Virus record (IMG/VR): IMGVR_UViG_3300026484_000108
Location: 1 to 50,733 of that record
DNA length: 50,733 nucleotides
Strand: one strand, 5' to 3'
Source: a virus
Lineage: Duplodnaviria; Caudoviricetes
In this document: piece by piece, positions 39,342-48,833 of the stretch
Position numbering within the stretch: the first letter of the stretch is position 1
Layout of the letters: each line of letters begins with the position of its first letter
Notes under the pieces: generated by a model
The model's database searches: none
Seen by the model: the letters and a program-made list of their open reading frames with translations, nothing else
Told to the model about the DNA's origin: nothing
Program-made: the position numbers and the translations under genes

Positions 39342-41430
39342 TTACAATAGTTTTAATTTCACTATTGATTATTGCTTTTCTAAAAAATCTTGGAAGAGTG
39401 ATACTACCTTTAAAAGATTTATCACCATCATAACCTAACCAAATTTCATCAGATAAAGTATTATCTGTAGTATAATAACCGAAACTTTGTTCATCTAATA
39501 TAACTCTATTATCTGAAGTAACAATTAAGCTATGCATAGCTGAATCATTCACAACTTTATCTATTTCATTACCAAAAATAAACAATTTACCATTTATTAT
39601 ATCAACTACTCTTTTACCTGATTTTTCATAGATTAAAGGCATATTATCAGAATTATTTGTTTGGAACCAGATAGATATACTATATTCATTAGGGGTAGTT
39701 TCTGTAACTTTACCAAGTTTTATAGAACTATCATCTTGAGCAAATGTAGCCTTATTCATAACTATACTTGGTTCATAATCGATTTTGTTTGCTTCTCCAT
39801 TATATCTATTGAATTCGTCATCAATATTATAATTTAAAAAATAAGCAGAAATTTCACTTAAATCTTTGAATAATTCTTTATAAGAATCAGTTAATTTATG
39901 GTTATGTAAATGACTCATTTCTAATAAAGATATAGAATCTCTAAATGAATTAAATAGTGAAAATTCCATATTATTATACTTTTCATTCTTAAGTATTCTA
40001 CCACCTAAAGTTGATAATGCTGTATCTATATGAAACGAATTAGTTGTACTTGCAACTTTTTCTTTTACAGGAACTTCATTATTGTAGAATGATATAGTCT
40101 TATCTTTATATATCATTGTAAGTCTATAATATTTACCTGGTTCTATATGACTTGCTACATCACTTTTTTCTGAGAAAACTACTGATTTTCCATTAGTATC
40201 TAATATTTCTCCATATAGATATAATACTTTATTATCTGAGTCATACTTCTGTGTAATTTCTAATTTATTTTTAGTATCTACATCAGTGTGATCATTTAAA
40301 GTAAATATAACTTTATCATCATTATTATCTATTACTTTTATTTCAAAGTCAATAGTCCAGTTATCTTCGTAATAATCTAACCCTAATATATGGGGAAATG
40401 TAATAGCAGTAGCATGATCAGAATAAGTAACAGCACTAAATTTCATATTATTTAAATTCTTTTTATATTCTGCAAACATCTCATTGAACCAGATAGCATC
40501 ATAACCTGCTGTACTTGCAGTAGTACTTCTATTAAATTCTAAACACACTCCATCAATATGTCTATTTAATTTATTCTTATTAAGGCTAATAGGTCTATAA
40601 GTAAATAACTTATTTCTATCAATAGTTCTTTTAAATGTATTTCTAAATATTCTGAAATCATCTATTTGTCCTATGAACCCTACATCTACTTCATTTGAAC
40701 CAGTTCCTGCAAGGAAAATATCTAAATAAGTATTCTCTCTATAATGTTCATAGTAACCCGTAGAAATAGGCACATTATCTAAGGTAATTCTCCATGTACC
40801 TTTTTTAAATTCTATTATTAAATGATGTCTAAATGTATCATTTATATTTACTCCTGTATTTACTTCATAAACATTATCTCCATCACCTGTTTTAAAAATT
40901 AGATTATGATTATCATTATCATCTCCAATAATTAAACTAAATGTTTTACTATCATGAGCATATTCTACAATTCTTCTTCTAACATCATCATTATTATCTG
41001 AACCAGAAATAATAAAGAATGCTACACTAAAATTATCTTGAAATACTTCTTTATATTCATCATAAGTAAATCTAATTTTAGAATTAGTTTTACCATTAAA
41101 TTTAATAGCACTTCCATTTATAATACCATTAGTAAATATTATATTTTCTCCACTTTCTACTTCTGGTTCTTTATTTTCCATAAAGTCTTTAAAATTCTCT
41201 TCAAAGCCATACCAAGAAATTAATTCAGCAGTATCTGCATAATAGTTTTCTTGTTTTAAATTTGCAGGGATTTCTTGGTTGAGGGTAAATGTATTATTAA
41301 ATACATCTTGTAAAGTTCTATCCCATAATGTAGTAGCACTAATATCAGTATATTTATCTGATCCAGAAGCTACTACTTTAACTATGTTTTCATCTACAGC
41401 CATTGTTGCTAAATTAAGTGTATTATCCAT
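39328..41430 (-). CDS. multi-LamG/ConA-like tail protein
   Basis: WYGFEEN, F.GQIDDFRIF, YSISIWF..., FKGSI...RFF..AI; about three degenerate LamG units. Confidence 0.7.
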   Translation of the reverse strand: MDNTLNLATMAVDENIVKVVASGSDKYTDISATTLWDRTLQDVFNNTFTLNQEIPANLKQENYYADTAELISWYGFEENFKDFMENKEPEVESGENIIFTNGIINGSAIKFNGKTNSKIRFTYDEYKEVFQDNFSVAFFIISGSDNNDDVRRRIVEYAHDSKTFSLIIGDDNDNHNLIFKTGDGDNVYEVNTGVNINDTFRHHLIIEFKKGTWRITLDNVPISTGYYEHYRENTYLDIFLAGTGSNEVDVGFIGQIDDFRIFRNTFKRTIDRNKLFTYRPISLNKNKLNRHIDGVCLEFNRSTTASTAGYDAIWFNEMFAEYKKNLNNMKFSAVTYSDHATAITFPHILGLDYYEDNWTIDFEIKVIDNNDDKVIFTLNDHTDVDTKNKLEITQKYDSDNKVLYLYGEILDTNGKSVVFSEKSDVASHIEPGKYYRLTMIYKDKTISFYNNEVPVKEKVASTTNSFHIDTALSTLGGRILKNEKYNNMEFSLFNSFRDSISLLEMSHLHNHKLTDSYKELFKDLSEISAYFLNYNIDDEFNRYNGEANKIDYEPSIVMNKATFAQDDSSIKLGKVTETTPNEYSISIWFQTNNSDNMPLIYEKSGKRVVDIINGKLFIFGNEIDKVVNDSAMHSLIVTSDNRVILDEQSFGYYTTDNTLSDEIWLGYDGDKSFKGSITLPRFFRKAIINSEIKTIVNEGF

Positions 41431-41439
41431 TTATTCTCC

Positions 41440-41949
41440 TTATAATTCTTCTACTATAATAGTACTTGCGCACCATCTCGCATATGCATTGTTATTATCA
41501 TATTTTCCTCTATTTATATAAACATCATCCTGAGCAACTAATCTAACATCATAAGTATGTTTCCCTTTAGTTACATTTTTATCAATAAATTCAAATGAAG
41601 CACTATTATCACTTTCATCATTACCAATAGTAGATGTGCAAAAAGTAGCATTTCTTACATCTGTAGAATTTGAACCTAGTATATCTTTTATTTGTTTTCC
41701 ATCTCTATATATATAAAAACAAGTAACTCTTCTATCATCTCCATCATAATGCCCAACTCTACCTATATTTACAGAAACTCGGACATTAGTTATTTCTTTT
41801 TTAATATCAATGTCTACTTCGAATCCATCTATTTTAGTAATATTTTCTGTGTTATAATGTGGTGTGTCAGTAAATATAGTCTGTGCTATATTAGTTTTAG
41901 CATTATCATTACATACTGCATTAACGTCTCTCATCTTACTATCCTCCAT
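41440..41949 (-). CDS. tail-fibre tip-like beta-domain protein
   Basis: IYRDG, F.FID.....G.HTY.V..., STIIVEEL ending typical of fibre C-terminal domains. Confidence 0.55.
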   Translation of the reverse strand: MEDSKMRDVNAVCNDNAKTNIAQTIFTDTPHYNTENITKIDGFEVDIDIKKEITNVRVSVNIGRVGHYDGDDRRVTCFYIYRDGKQIKDILGSNSTDVRNATFCTSTIGNDESDNSASFEFIDKNVTKGKHTYDVRLVAQDDVYINRGKYDNNNAYARWCASTIIVEEL

Positions 41950-42887
41950 TCTCCAGCTTTAAATATGATTTCATATCTACCTGAAGTATTTATAATAACT
42001 TCATCCATATAACCATCTATTTTATGATTATTACTAAACACTATAGTAGGACTTTTATCAAATACTTTATATAAATCGATTATTTTTATAAAAGTATCTT
42101 CTACTGGTTCATTAGGTAATTCAACTCTAATATTTCTACCTCTACTATCAACCCATACAGTTTCTCCATTATTAGCTTTATAATCTTTATCTATTGTAAC
42201 TGTATTATTACTATAAAGTTTATTCATAGTATTTATATCATTTTTAGTATAAGTATCAGCTACAGAAAAAGTATTCCAAGTATTAACTTGTATCATTGAA
42301 CCAGAAGGTAAAAATGAATCAAATATAATTGACTCTCCATTAGACATATCACAAGAACCATAAGGTTTAGGGAATATAGTAGAACCGTTTACTGATACTT
42401 GTATATTAGGAAAATCATATTTCTGTTTTAAGGTAAATTCTTTAGTTTTACCGTCAGCTATAAAATATTCGGTATTCATTACCATTTCAACTGTAGTAAC
42501 TTCACTATTCCATTTATCTCCATTCCATACTTTTAATTTTTTTAAAAGTGTAGAAAAATAAACATCCCCTACCTCTAAATCACTACCATCATTTCTGGTT
42601 ACTGGATCAGTATAATGTGAACCAAGATAAACTTTACCTATAAAATTTATTTCTGTAGAAGAATCTGCTAATATATTTATATTAGGTAAATCCTCTTTAA
42701 CTTCATTAATATTTTCTAAATCATCTGCTATTGCTTTATAAGTATCTAAATTATCAACAGCTTCAACAACTTTATTATCTTTTATTTGTTTAATTCTCTC
42801 ATCTAGTTCTTTCTTAAAATTTTGTAAATATATATTTAAGAAGTCATCTATAAACTTTTGAGAATTATCACTTCCATATAATCCCAT
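41931..42887 (-). CDS. tail fibre protein
   Basis: YLG.....P.TRNDG..L..GD.YF......KVWNG..W anchor motif, ADG...F, ELP..P repeat domain. Confidence 0.7.
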   Translation of the reverse strand: MGLYGSDNSQKFIDDFLNIYLQNFKKELDERIKQIKDNKVVEAVDNLDTYKAIADDLENINEVKEDLPNINILADSSTEINFIGKVYLGSHYTDPVTRNDGSDLEVGDVYFSTLLKKLKVWNGDKWNSEVTTVEMVMNTEYFIADGKTKEFTLKQKYDFPNIQVSVNGSTIFPKPYGSCDMSNGESIIFDSFLPSGSMIQVNTWNTFSVADTYTKNDINTMNKLYSNNTVTIDKDYKANNGETVWVDSRGRNIRVELPNEPVEDTFIKIIDLYKVFDKSPTIVFSNNHKIDGYMDEVIINTSGRYEIIFKAGEWRIVR

Positions 42888-42898
42888 CTTTTATCCTT

Positions 42899-43627
42899 TT
42901 ACACAAAATTAATTATATTATTATTATATTCTTCAACAGAATTTAAACCACCATTATTCTTAATCAATTCTTGTATAGCAGTATAAAATCTTTGATAATA
43001 TAAATTTTCCATCTGAAAAGCATTAACATTACTCACAGAAGTATGTAATCTATCTAATACTCCCCAATATAAAGCATTCTTTATCCTCATATAATTTAGA
43101 TCAGATAACTCACTAATATCATAGTAAATAACTGAACCATAAACTAATGCTTTATTATAAGTCTTAAAATCAAATCCTTCATTAAGTTTTAACCAATCAC
43201 CTTCTATAGTTTTATTAGGTAATTCTCCAAAATCGATATTAAGACACTCTAATACATTTAAAGCTTTTATTTTAGTATTTCTAACTTGTTTATTTTGATC
43301 AGGTAAAACAAATTCTCCAGCTTCTATATCAGTATTAAATTGATTTGAACCAGAAAAAGTAATAGTATTAGTAATACCTGTAGACACTCCTTGTTCTAAA
43401 ATAGTTTTTAAATTATAATCATACTTTTTTTCCCTAATAATTTCATTAGTGACTGGATCCCTTTTTTCATCTAATAGATCAAATGTGATAATTCTTTTAA
43501 AAGGATTTGCTTGTATTTGAATATCTATTAGTATTTCATTAGCTAATGTAAGCAATTCATCATCATCTTTTTTAATGTTATTAAATAAATTCCTTAACAC
43601 TTTTATTATATTATTATTATCTAACAT
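42899..43627 (-). CDS. putative head-tail adaptor (N4 gp67 position)
   Basis: Synteny next to TerL; ALY.GV and NLYYQRF helical C-terminus. Confidence 0.5.
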   Translation of the reverse strand: MLDNNNIIKVLRNLFNNIKKDDDELLTLANEILIDIQIQANPFKRIITFDLLDEKRDPVTNEIIREKKYDYNLKTILEQGVSTGITNTITFSGSNQFNTDIEAGEFVLPDQNKQVRNTKIKALNVLECLNIDFGELPNKTIEGDWLKLNEGFDFKTYNKALVYGSVIYYDISELSDLNYMRIKNALYWGVLDRLHTSVSNVNAFQMENLYYQRFYTAIQELIKNNGGLNSVEEYNNNIINFV

Positions 43628-43637
43628 TTATGTATCC

Positions 43638-45221
43638 TTATATATCATATGGATTATATCCATCATCTTCTTCTTCATAATACGACACTTCTTCAAATTC
43701 ATCAGTCTTCTCATTATATTTATATTCCACAGGTGCACTTGGTAATATAGGCTCAAAAGTAATCAACATAGAAATTATATCTAAAAAGTCATCATGTTTA
43801 GATTTAAACCCATCAGCTGATACATTAAATATTTCAGATAACCCTTCATCCATAAAAGTACTGCCTTCTAACTCAGAAGCAAACCATATTCTTTTAGCTT
43901 TAAATAAAGGTTCTACTAACTTAAATCTACTAAATTTATTAGTACTTGGTCTAATACCTGGTTTAGAAGCACCTGGTTCTGATAGCAAATTAAAGAATAT
44001 ATTCCTTTTAATCATTTCTTGCTGGATCCAAGATATAAATCCTCCTTGTTGTCCTGTTACTTCCACGCCTACTCCAAGTGGTTTATACATAGAAATAAAT
44101 CTAAATAAATCATTTATATTTTCATCCATTTGCTGTCTAGCTAATTTACCATCAACTAATAAGAATTGCCCTTCTGTATTGACAGCCCATACACCTACAA
44201 CACTGTAATCAGCACTTCTCTTTTCACTTGTAGCAAAGTCAGTAGTAATATAGAAGTTATAATTACTTTTGTTCTTAAAGACTTCTTTTCTACTGAACCA
44301 GACAATATCATCTGGTTGGATTAACATATCTTCTTTACTTAAAATTCTAAGCATTAATTCCTGGTTAAATGAATGTATCCTACCTACTGCTTTAGCAGAC
44401 TCATACTCATCTTTAACATATTCATAAGGAAATCTATCTTCCCAGCTACCTATAAACTCTTCTGGTCTACAAGGGAATTTAGTTGCAATAGGATAAACAC
44501 TTACATCCCAAGTACCAGATTCTACTACCTCAACTAATGGATCATTCTTATTAAATGGAGTACCAATATAAATAGTTTTACTCCTTGTAGGGTGCATAGC
44601 TTTACCTATAGCATTATGAACATTATTCTTAACATTCTCTAATTCAGTGGGAGATTTAGCATCTTGATCTGAAAGTAAATCATCCATTACTACTAATTGA
44701 GGTCTAATACCCATTTCTTTAGTACCCCTTATATTAGTTTTAGCACCATACATCTTAACTACAAACTTTTTACCTGATTTATTAACAAACTCTAATCTAT
44801 TATCTGTAAATCTAATCTTAGGTACCCACTCTTTCATAAAATCACTATTCTCATATCTTGACTCTATATTCTTTCTTAAGTTCTTAGCCCCACCTTCAGC
44901 ACTATCTGCTACATATAAAGCTAGACTTACTTCTCCAAAACCAGGCATCTCTCCAAATACAGCAATATACATAAACATATACTCTGCAATTAGAGTAGTT
45001 TTAGCAAATCCCCTATGACACACAATAGCATGTCTTTTCTTTCTACTAAATACATTATCTAATACTTTAAAATGTACTACAGGAGTTTTATTTTCTTCTG
45101 CTCCTCCATTAACCATCTTAATAAAATTAACAAACTCTATAGCCTCAGGAGAAGGAGTATATCCATCAAACTTATACTCAGCTTCATTTAAATAATCTTC
45201 TAATGTTTTAGTCTTCACCAT
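43638..45221 (-). CDS. terL: terminase large subunit (N4 gp68-like)
   Basis: Walker A-like CHRGFAKTT, RPQLVVMDDL Walker B, GTPFN, TTDFATS, HDDFLD nuclease motif. Confidence 0.95.
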   Translation of the reverse strand: MVKTKTLEDYLNEAEYKFDGYTPSPEAIEFVNFIKMVNGGAEENKTPVVHFKVLDNVFSRKKRHAIVCHRGFAKTTLIAEYMFMYIAVFGEMPGFGEVSLALYVADSAEGGAKNLRKNIESRYENSDFMKEWVPKIRFTDNRLEFVNKSGKKFVVKMYGAKTNIRGTKEMGIRPQLVVMDDLLSDQDAKSPTELENVKNNVHNAIGKAMHPTRSKTIYIGTPFNKNDPLVEVVESGTWDVSVYPIATKFPCRPEEFIGSWEDRFPYEYVKDEYESAKAVGRIHSFNQELMLRILSKEDMLIQPDDIVWFSRKEVFKNKSNYNFYITTDFATSEKRSADYSVVGVWAVNTEGQFLLVDGKLARQQMDENINDLFRFISMYKPLGVGVEVTGQQGGFISWIQQEMIKRNIFFNLLSEPGASKPGIRPSTNKFSRFKLVEPLFKAKRIWFASELEGSTFMDEGLSEIFNVSADGFKSKHDDFLDIISMLITFEPILPSAPVEYKYNEKTDEFEEVSYYEEEDDGYNPYDI

Positions 45222-45525
45222 AACATTTGTCCTTTATTTCTTGTTCTAATCTAAGTAAATACTCATTAACTTTCTCCTGATATATTGTTTTAGGGTATAT
45301 TGACATTACAATATGTTTTCTATAATTTATTATATATTCCATAATAAATTTACTATAACGACATAAATGTTCATTTACAAATACATTTAAACCTATAGGT
45401 CTTTTTCTTTGTAACATCATATATCTATGCCATTGAAACATAGGTTCATCAAATTTAATAACTTTAACTGATCCATCTTTATAATATAATTCTATCCTTG
45501 CGTCTCTTGTATTATCCATAATCAT
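45208..45525 (-). CDS. hypothetical protein
   Basis: 105 aa, coupled between the gp69-like gene and terL. Confidence 0.6.
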   Translation of the reverse strand: MIMDNTRDARIELYYKDGSVKVIKFDEPMFQWHRYMMLQRKRPIGLNVFVNEHLCRYSKFIMEYIINYRKHIVMSIYPKTIYQEKVNEYLLRLEQEIKDKCYGED

Positions 45526-46211
45526 TCCTCTATTTCAGCTTCTATAATTTTCATTTCTGCGACATCTTTAGCATTTACAGCTCCTGTATTAATAGCTTCT
45601 AACTGTTTACTTGCAAATTGTCTCATAGTGTTCTTTAAATCCTCTAATTCTTTACTTGGTTTCATACTAACTTCTAATTCTACTTTGTTATTTTCAGGTA
45701 ATTTAAGCTCTCTAATTAAAGCTTCTGCTGCTTTCATTCTAACCATCTCACTTTTAGCAGTCATAACTAAATTACTCAATTCATTTATAGCCATCTGTAC
45801 TTTATCCTGGTTCATAACATGTGCAGGAATTAAAGTCCTTTCAGTAATAGCTATAATCAAATCACCCTTATTATAAGCACTAATATACTTATGTTGATCA
45901 GCTATAGGTACACCTTCTTTTAACCATTTATTTACTTTATCTTTAAACACTATACTATAAGCATCATGATTAGTAAATCCCATATTCTTCAAAGACACAT
46001 ACTTAACAGCATTAACATATTTCTCTAAATTCCATCTACCATTCTCTAATACTTTAGCATAAGTAATCATTTCTTCAGTAAAATCAAACTTATCGTCTTT
46101 AACAGTAGCAAGTAACTTCTCATACAATTCTTCAGTTAATTGTTTTCTTTTATTTGGAGGTAATTGTTTTTTAAATATTTTATATTCTTGTAGTTGTTCT
46201 TCACTTAACAT
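45522..46211 (-). CDS. N4 gp69-like protein (putative terminase small subunit)
   Basis: YVNAVKYVS.K.MG.TN..AY, SAYNKG.L, AKSEMVR..AA..L..LK.PE; synteny. Confidence 0.75.
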   Translation of the reverse strand: MLSEEQLQEYKIFKKQLPPNKRKQLTEELYEKLLATVKDDKFDFTEEMITYAKVLENGRWNLEKYVNAVKYVSLKNMGFTNHDAYSIVFKDKVNKWLKEGVPIADQHKYISAYNKGDLIIAITERTLIPAHVMNQDKVQMAINELSNLVMTAKSEMVRMKAAEALIRELKLPENNKVELEVSMKPSKELEDLKNTMRQFASKQLEAINTGAVNAKDVAEMKIIEAEIEE

Positions 46212-46244
46212 ATATTATCCTTTGGTTTAAGATCACATATGATA

Positions 46245-46253
46245 ATTATACCA
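46245..46253 (-). promoter_or_regulatory. extended -10 late promoter (TGGTATAAT) inside ACATATG/CATATGT palindrome
   Basis: About 34 nt upstream of the first late gene. Confidence 0.6.
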
Positions 46254-46408
46254 TATGTAATCCATAAAAATAAAACAAACCAAAGAATAACATACTTCAA
46301 TGAATAACTTAGAAGCAGTAAAATTATACTTAAATTGAACCAGAAAAGCAAACTAATTAAGAAGTGTTGTAACAAAACACCTTATTTAAGGGATTTATAT
46401 AAAGAAAG

Positions 46409-46417
46409 TGATATAAT
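46409..46417 (+). promoter_or_regulatory. possible extended -10 promoter (TGATATAAT) facing early region
   Basis: Motif match in the divergent non-coding region. Confidence 0.4.
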
Positions 46418-46548
46418 TTCTAAGAAACTTTCTCTGAAAGAATTTCTTTCAAGGAAATTTCTTGAAATTATATCAATATTTTTAAATTTGTCAAGTGTAT
46501 TTGTAAATATCATTCAAAAGTCCAAGAAAAAATTCAATTTTTTAGTAT

Positions 46549-46619
46549 GAGCGTAGTAAACTACTCTGGATCAACTTCTGACGAAGTTATCCCCCCCTGG
46601 CATTAAGTAGGTACTACTT
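46549..46619. promoter_or_regulatory. cluster of three short hairpins, candidate vRNAP promoter/terminus
   Basis: GAGCGTAGTAAACTACTC; AACTTC-TGAC-GAAGTT; AAGTAG-GTA-CTACTT; C7 run in between. Confidence 0.5.
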
Positions 46620-46657
46620 TAGTATTATCTATGAAAATTAAAATTAAGGAGTATATT

Positions 46658-46831
46658 ATGGTAGAAGTAGCTTTAGGTTCATTATTGTTTGTAGTATTTA
46701 TTAGTATATTTGGTGGATATTATGAAACAGCTATTAGTAAAATTATAGATTTAAGTGTATTATTTATTACAAAAGTGTTAAGTGCATTAAAATCTATTGA
46801 ACAACCAACAGAAGAAGGAGAACAACAGTAG
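46658..46831 (+). CDS. early small membrane protein (start revised to ATG 46658)
   Basis: AAGGAG RBS precedes MVEVALGSLLFVVFISIFGG. Confidence 0.65.
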   Translation: MVEVALGSLLFVVFISIFGGYYETAISKIIDLSVLFITKVLSALKSIEQPTEEGEQQ

Positions 46832-46845
46832 TTGTTCTTTATTCT
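46819..46845 (+). terminator. intrinsic terminator
   Basis: GAGAACAAC-AGTA-GTTGTTCTT followed by T-rich sequence. Confidence 0.55.
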
Positions 46846-46937
46846 TTACTTTGTAAAGCACTCACTTCACATCACTTAAAGATAGGACATTCTCTATTAT
46901 TATATATGAAAATTAAATTACACAAAAAGGAGACAAG

Positions 46938-47174
46938 ATGAACAACAAAGACAGATTAAAAGTTTTAGTGCAATTAAGTGGTATAAATATAGGTATTCTA
47001 TATGTAAATGGAAATGTAGCCGATGGTTATGATCCAGAAGATGTTATAGATAGATTAAACTACTTTGCTAATGGGTCAGATTATAGTTTTGAAGAATATA
47101 AACCAAAAGGTATTAATGTGTTAGGATTAACTCCTAAAAATAAACAAAAATCTAAACAACCAGAAGAGTATTAA
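46938..47174 (+). CDS. early hypothetical protein
   Basis: AAGGAG RBS. Confidence 0.7.
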   Translation: MNNKDRLKVLVQLSGINIGILYVNGNVADGYDPEDVIDRLNYFANGSDYSFEEYKPKGINVLGLTPKNKQKSKQPEEY

Positions 47175-47189
47175 CTCTTCTTCTTTTTT
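47162..47189 (+). terminator. intrinsic terminator
   Basis: AGAAGAGT-ATTA-ACTCTTCT followed by TCTTTTTT. Confidence 0.65.
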
Positions 47190-47438
47190 ATCACATATAC
47201 AAGATAGGTAAGTGAATTAATTCAATACTTTATTTATCTATCTTATATAACTACTTTAAATACCTACATAAATGGCTCATAAATGCTCATATTTAAACAA
47301 AGTCATTCAAGATAGGTAAAACTACTATAACCTTATAATTTTTGTTATATAGTCTTTTATTGTTGTTCTTTTGTTTGTTGTTGTTTTATCTTTTTCTCTT
47401 TGGTTCCTCTTTGGTATTATTTATGTAGTAGTAAATTA

Positions 47439-47676
47439 ATAGACCCGAATATGTCTATAAACTATTCTAAATTAAACTAAAAGGATTTACAATGACAAGG
47501 GTAAAATATGCAGGGTATTACTATTCATTCCCAAAAGGAAGTCATCCAGAATTAATTATTCAAGGTGGTAAAAATATAGTTAGTATTGATGAATGGAGTA
47601 AAGCTCCACAAGATAAAAAAATGATATTAGTTTAAGTTATAGACCTGAATATGTCTTAAAACTATTCTAAATTAAA
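47439..47676 (+). repeat. 38-bp direct repeat (47439-47476 / 47639-47676)
   Basis: ATAGACCYGAATATGTCTWWAAACTATTCTAAATTAAA, 3 mismatches, each just upstream of an RBS. Confidence 0.85.
47492..47635 (+). CDS. early small protein (47 aa, not in ORF track)
   Basis: AAGGA RBS; MTRVKYAGYYYSFPKGSHPELIIQGG...MILV*. Confidence 0.7.
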   Translation: MTRVKYAGYYYSFPKGSHPELIIQGGKNIVSIDEWSKAPQDKKMILV

Positions 47677-47689
47677 AAAAGGATAAAAA

Positions 47690-48013
47690 ATGTTAAAAGT
47701 TAATCTTAAAAAAGATATAAAAATTGAAGGTATTAATATTGTTAAATTAAATAATAAATTACAATTAACAGGATTCACTTGGTATGGTGGAAGTTTAATA
47801 ACAGTTACTAAATATTTAAAATTAAAACATTTACAAAATATTAAAGTAATAGATATTAAAAATAGAGAAGACAGTTGTGTAGTATCAATAGAAATTAATG
47901 ATATAGGAGTATCACAAGCAATAGACACTTGTGTAGGATTTCAAAGATTAATTAATAAAGAAAGAATTAATATTTTAGAAGAATTATCTTGTATACCAAA
48001 TGTTAAAGAATAA
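47690..48013 (+). CDS. early hypothetical protein
   Basis: AAGGA RBS after the second repeat copy. Confidence 0.65.
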   Translation: MLKVNLKKDIKIEGINIVKLNNKLQLTGFTWYGGSLITVTKYLKLKHLQNIKVIDIKNREDSCVVSIEINDIGVSQAIDTCVGFQRLINKERINILEELSCIPNVKE

Positions 48014-48065
48014 AAAGAATAAGAAGAGAAATCTTCTTATTTATTTTAAATTTAAAGGAAATAGG

Positions 48066-48818
48066 ATGAAAGAGTCAACATTTAAATTGTTATCTTATCG
48101 ATTAAATAAGATAGGCTATGACTTTAGTGATAAGAAAGATTTATTAGAAAAGTATTTTAAAAAATTAATATTTACACAAGAGAGTTGGAGTTTACAATAT
48201 ATAGCAGCTTTAATAGGTAAAAAATTGTGTAAAGATTTTAAAATAAATCTACCTAATGATCTAGAAGTAGCTTATCAAGGAATTAGATTTCTTGAAATGC
48301 TACCTAAAACATTAATAAATTATAGAGTAGGATATACTCCTGAAGGTACTCCATCAATAGTAATAATCCCTCAACATTATTTCGAAGAAGAATTAGAGGA
48401 AAAATCTATTGAACCAGAATTAGATCCAGAAGAGATAGAATATTCTAAAAGAGATCTAATTCATAAGAGATTTTGGAAAGGAAGTATATTTGATTTAGAT
48501 ATGGATTCTTTAGATATATTAAATAGAGTAGCTTTTACTATTGATAAGAGTATATCTATATTAGAGGACCCAAGTTATGATAAATCAGAATATAAACACT
48601 TAGAAAAGAATAGAAGTAAAGAATTAGTAGATAAATATATTAATATAAATAAATTCTACTTTAGACATTTCTATGATACAAGAGGACGTATATATAGTAG
48701 AGGGTATCACATTAACCCACAGGGAACTAAATATAAAAAAGCAATGCTTACAATGATTAATAATACTCAATGGAACCAAGAAGATAAAGAAGAATTAAAA
48801 GACTTCTTACAAAATTAA
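48066..48818 (+). CDS. RNA polymerase II subunit 1 (N4 gp15-like); start revised from 48000
   Basis: FYFRHFYDTRGRIYSRGYHINPQG..YKKA signature; AAAGGA RBS before ATG 48066. Confidence 0.9.
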   Translation: MKESTFKLLSYRLNKIGYDFSDKKDLLEKYFKKLIFTQESWSLQYIAALIGKKLCKDFKINLPNDLEVAYQGIRFLEMLPKTLINYRVGYTPEGTPSIVIIPQHYFEEELEEKSIEPELDPEEIEYSKRDLIHKRFWKGSIFDLDMDSLDILNRVAFTIDKSISILEDPSYDKSEYKHLEKNRSKELVDKYININKFYFRHFYDTRGRIYSRGYHINPQGTKYKKAMLTMINNTQWNQEDKEELKDFLQN

Positions 48819-48833
48819 ATATAAAGGAAAAAA

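Noticed and set aside
6080-45876. Many short + strand ORFs opposite the late genes, plus - strand ORFs at 353, 2128, 3478, 47662 and 50034
   Set aside because: Antisense shadows of long genes with no RBS and Ser/Leu/Ile/Phe-biased composition.
46335-46550. 71-aa TTG-start ORF in the junction
   Set aside because: No RBS; overlaps hairpins and a promoter-like motif, so it is likely non-coding.
46212-47490. tRNA genes in non-coding stretches
   Set aside because: No cloverleaf or T-loop GTTCRA context recognised.
47439-47676. Possible mini-CRISPR or att sites
   Set aside because: Only two copies, the 162-bp interval encodes a protein, and no cas or integrase gene is present.
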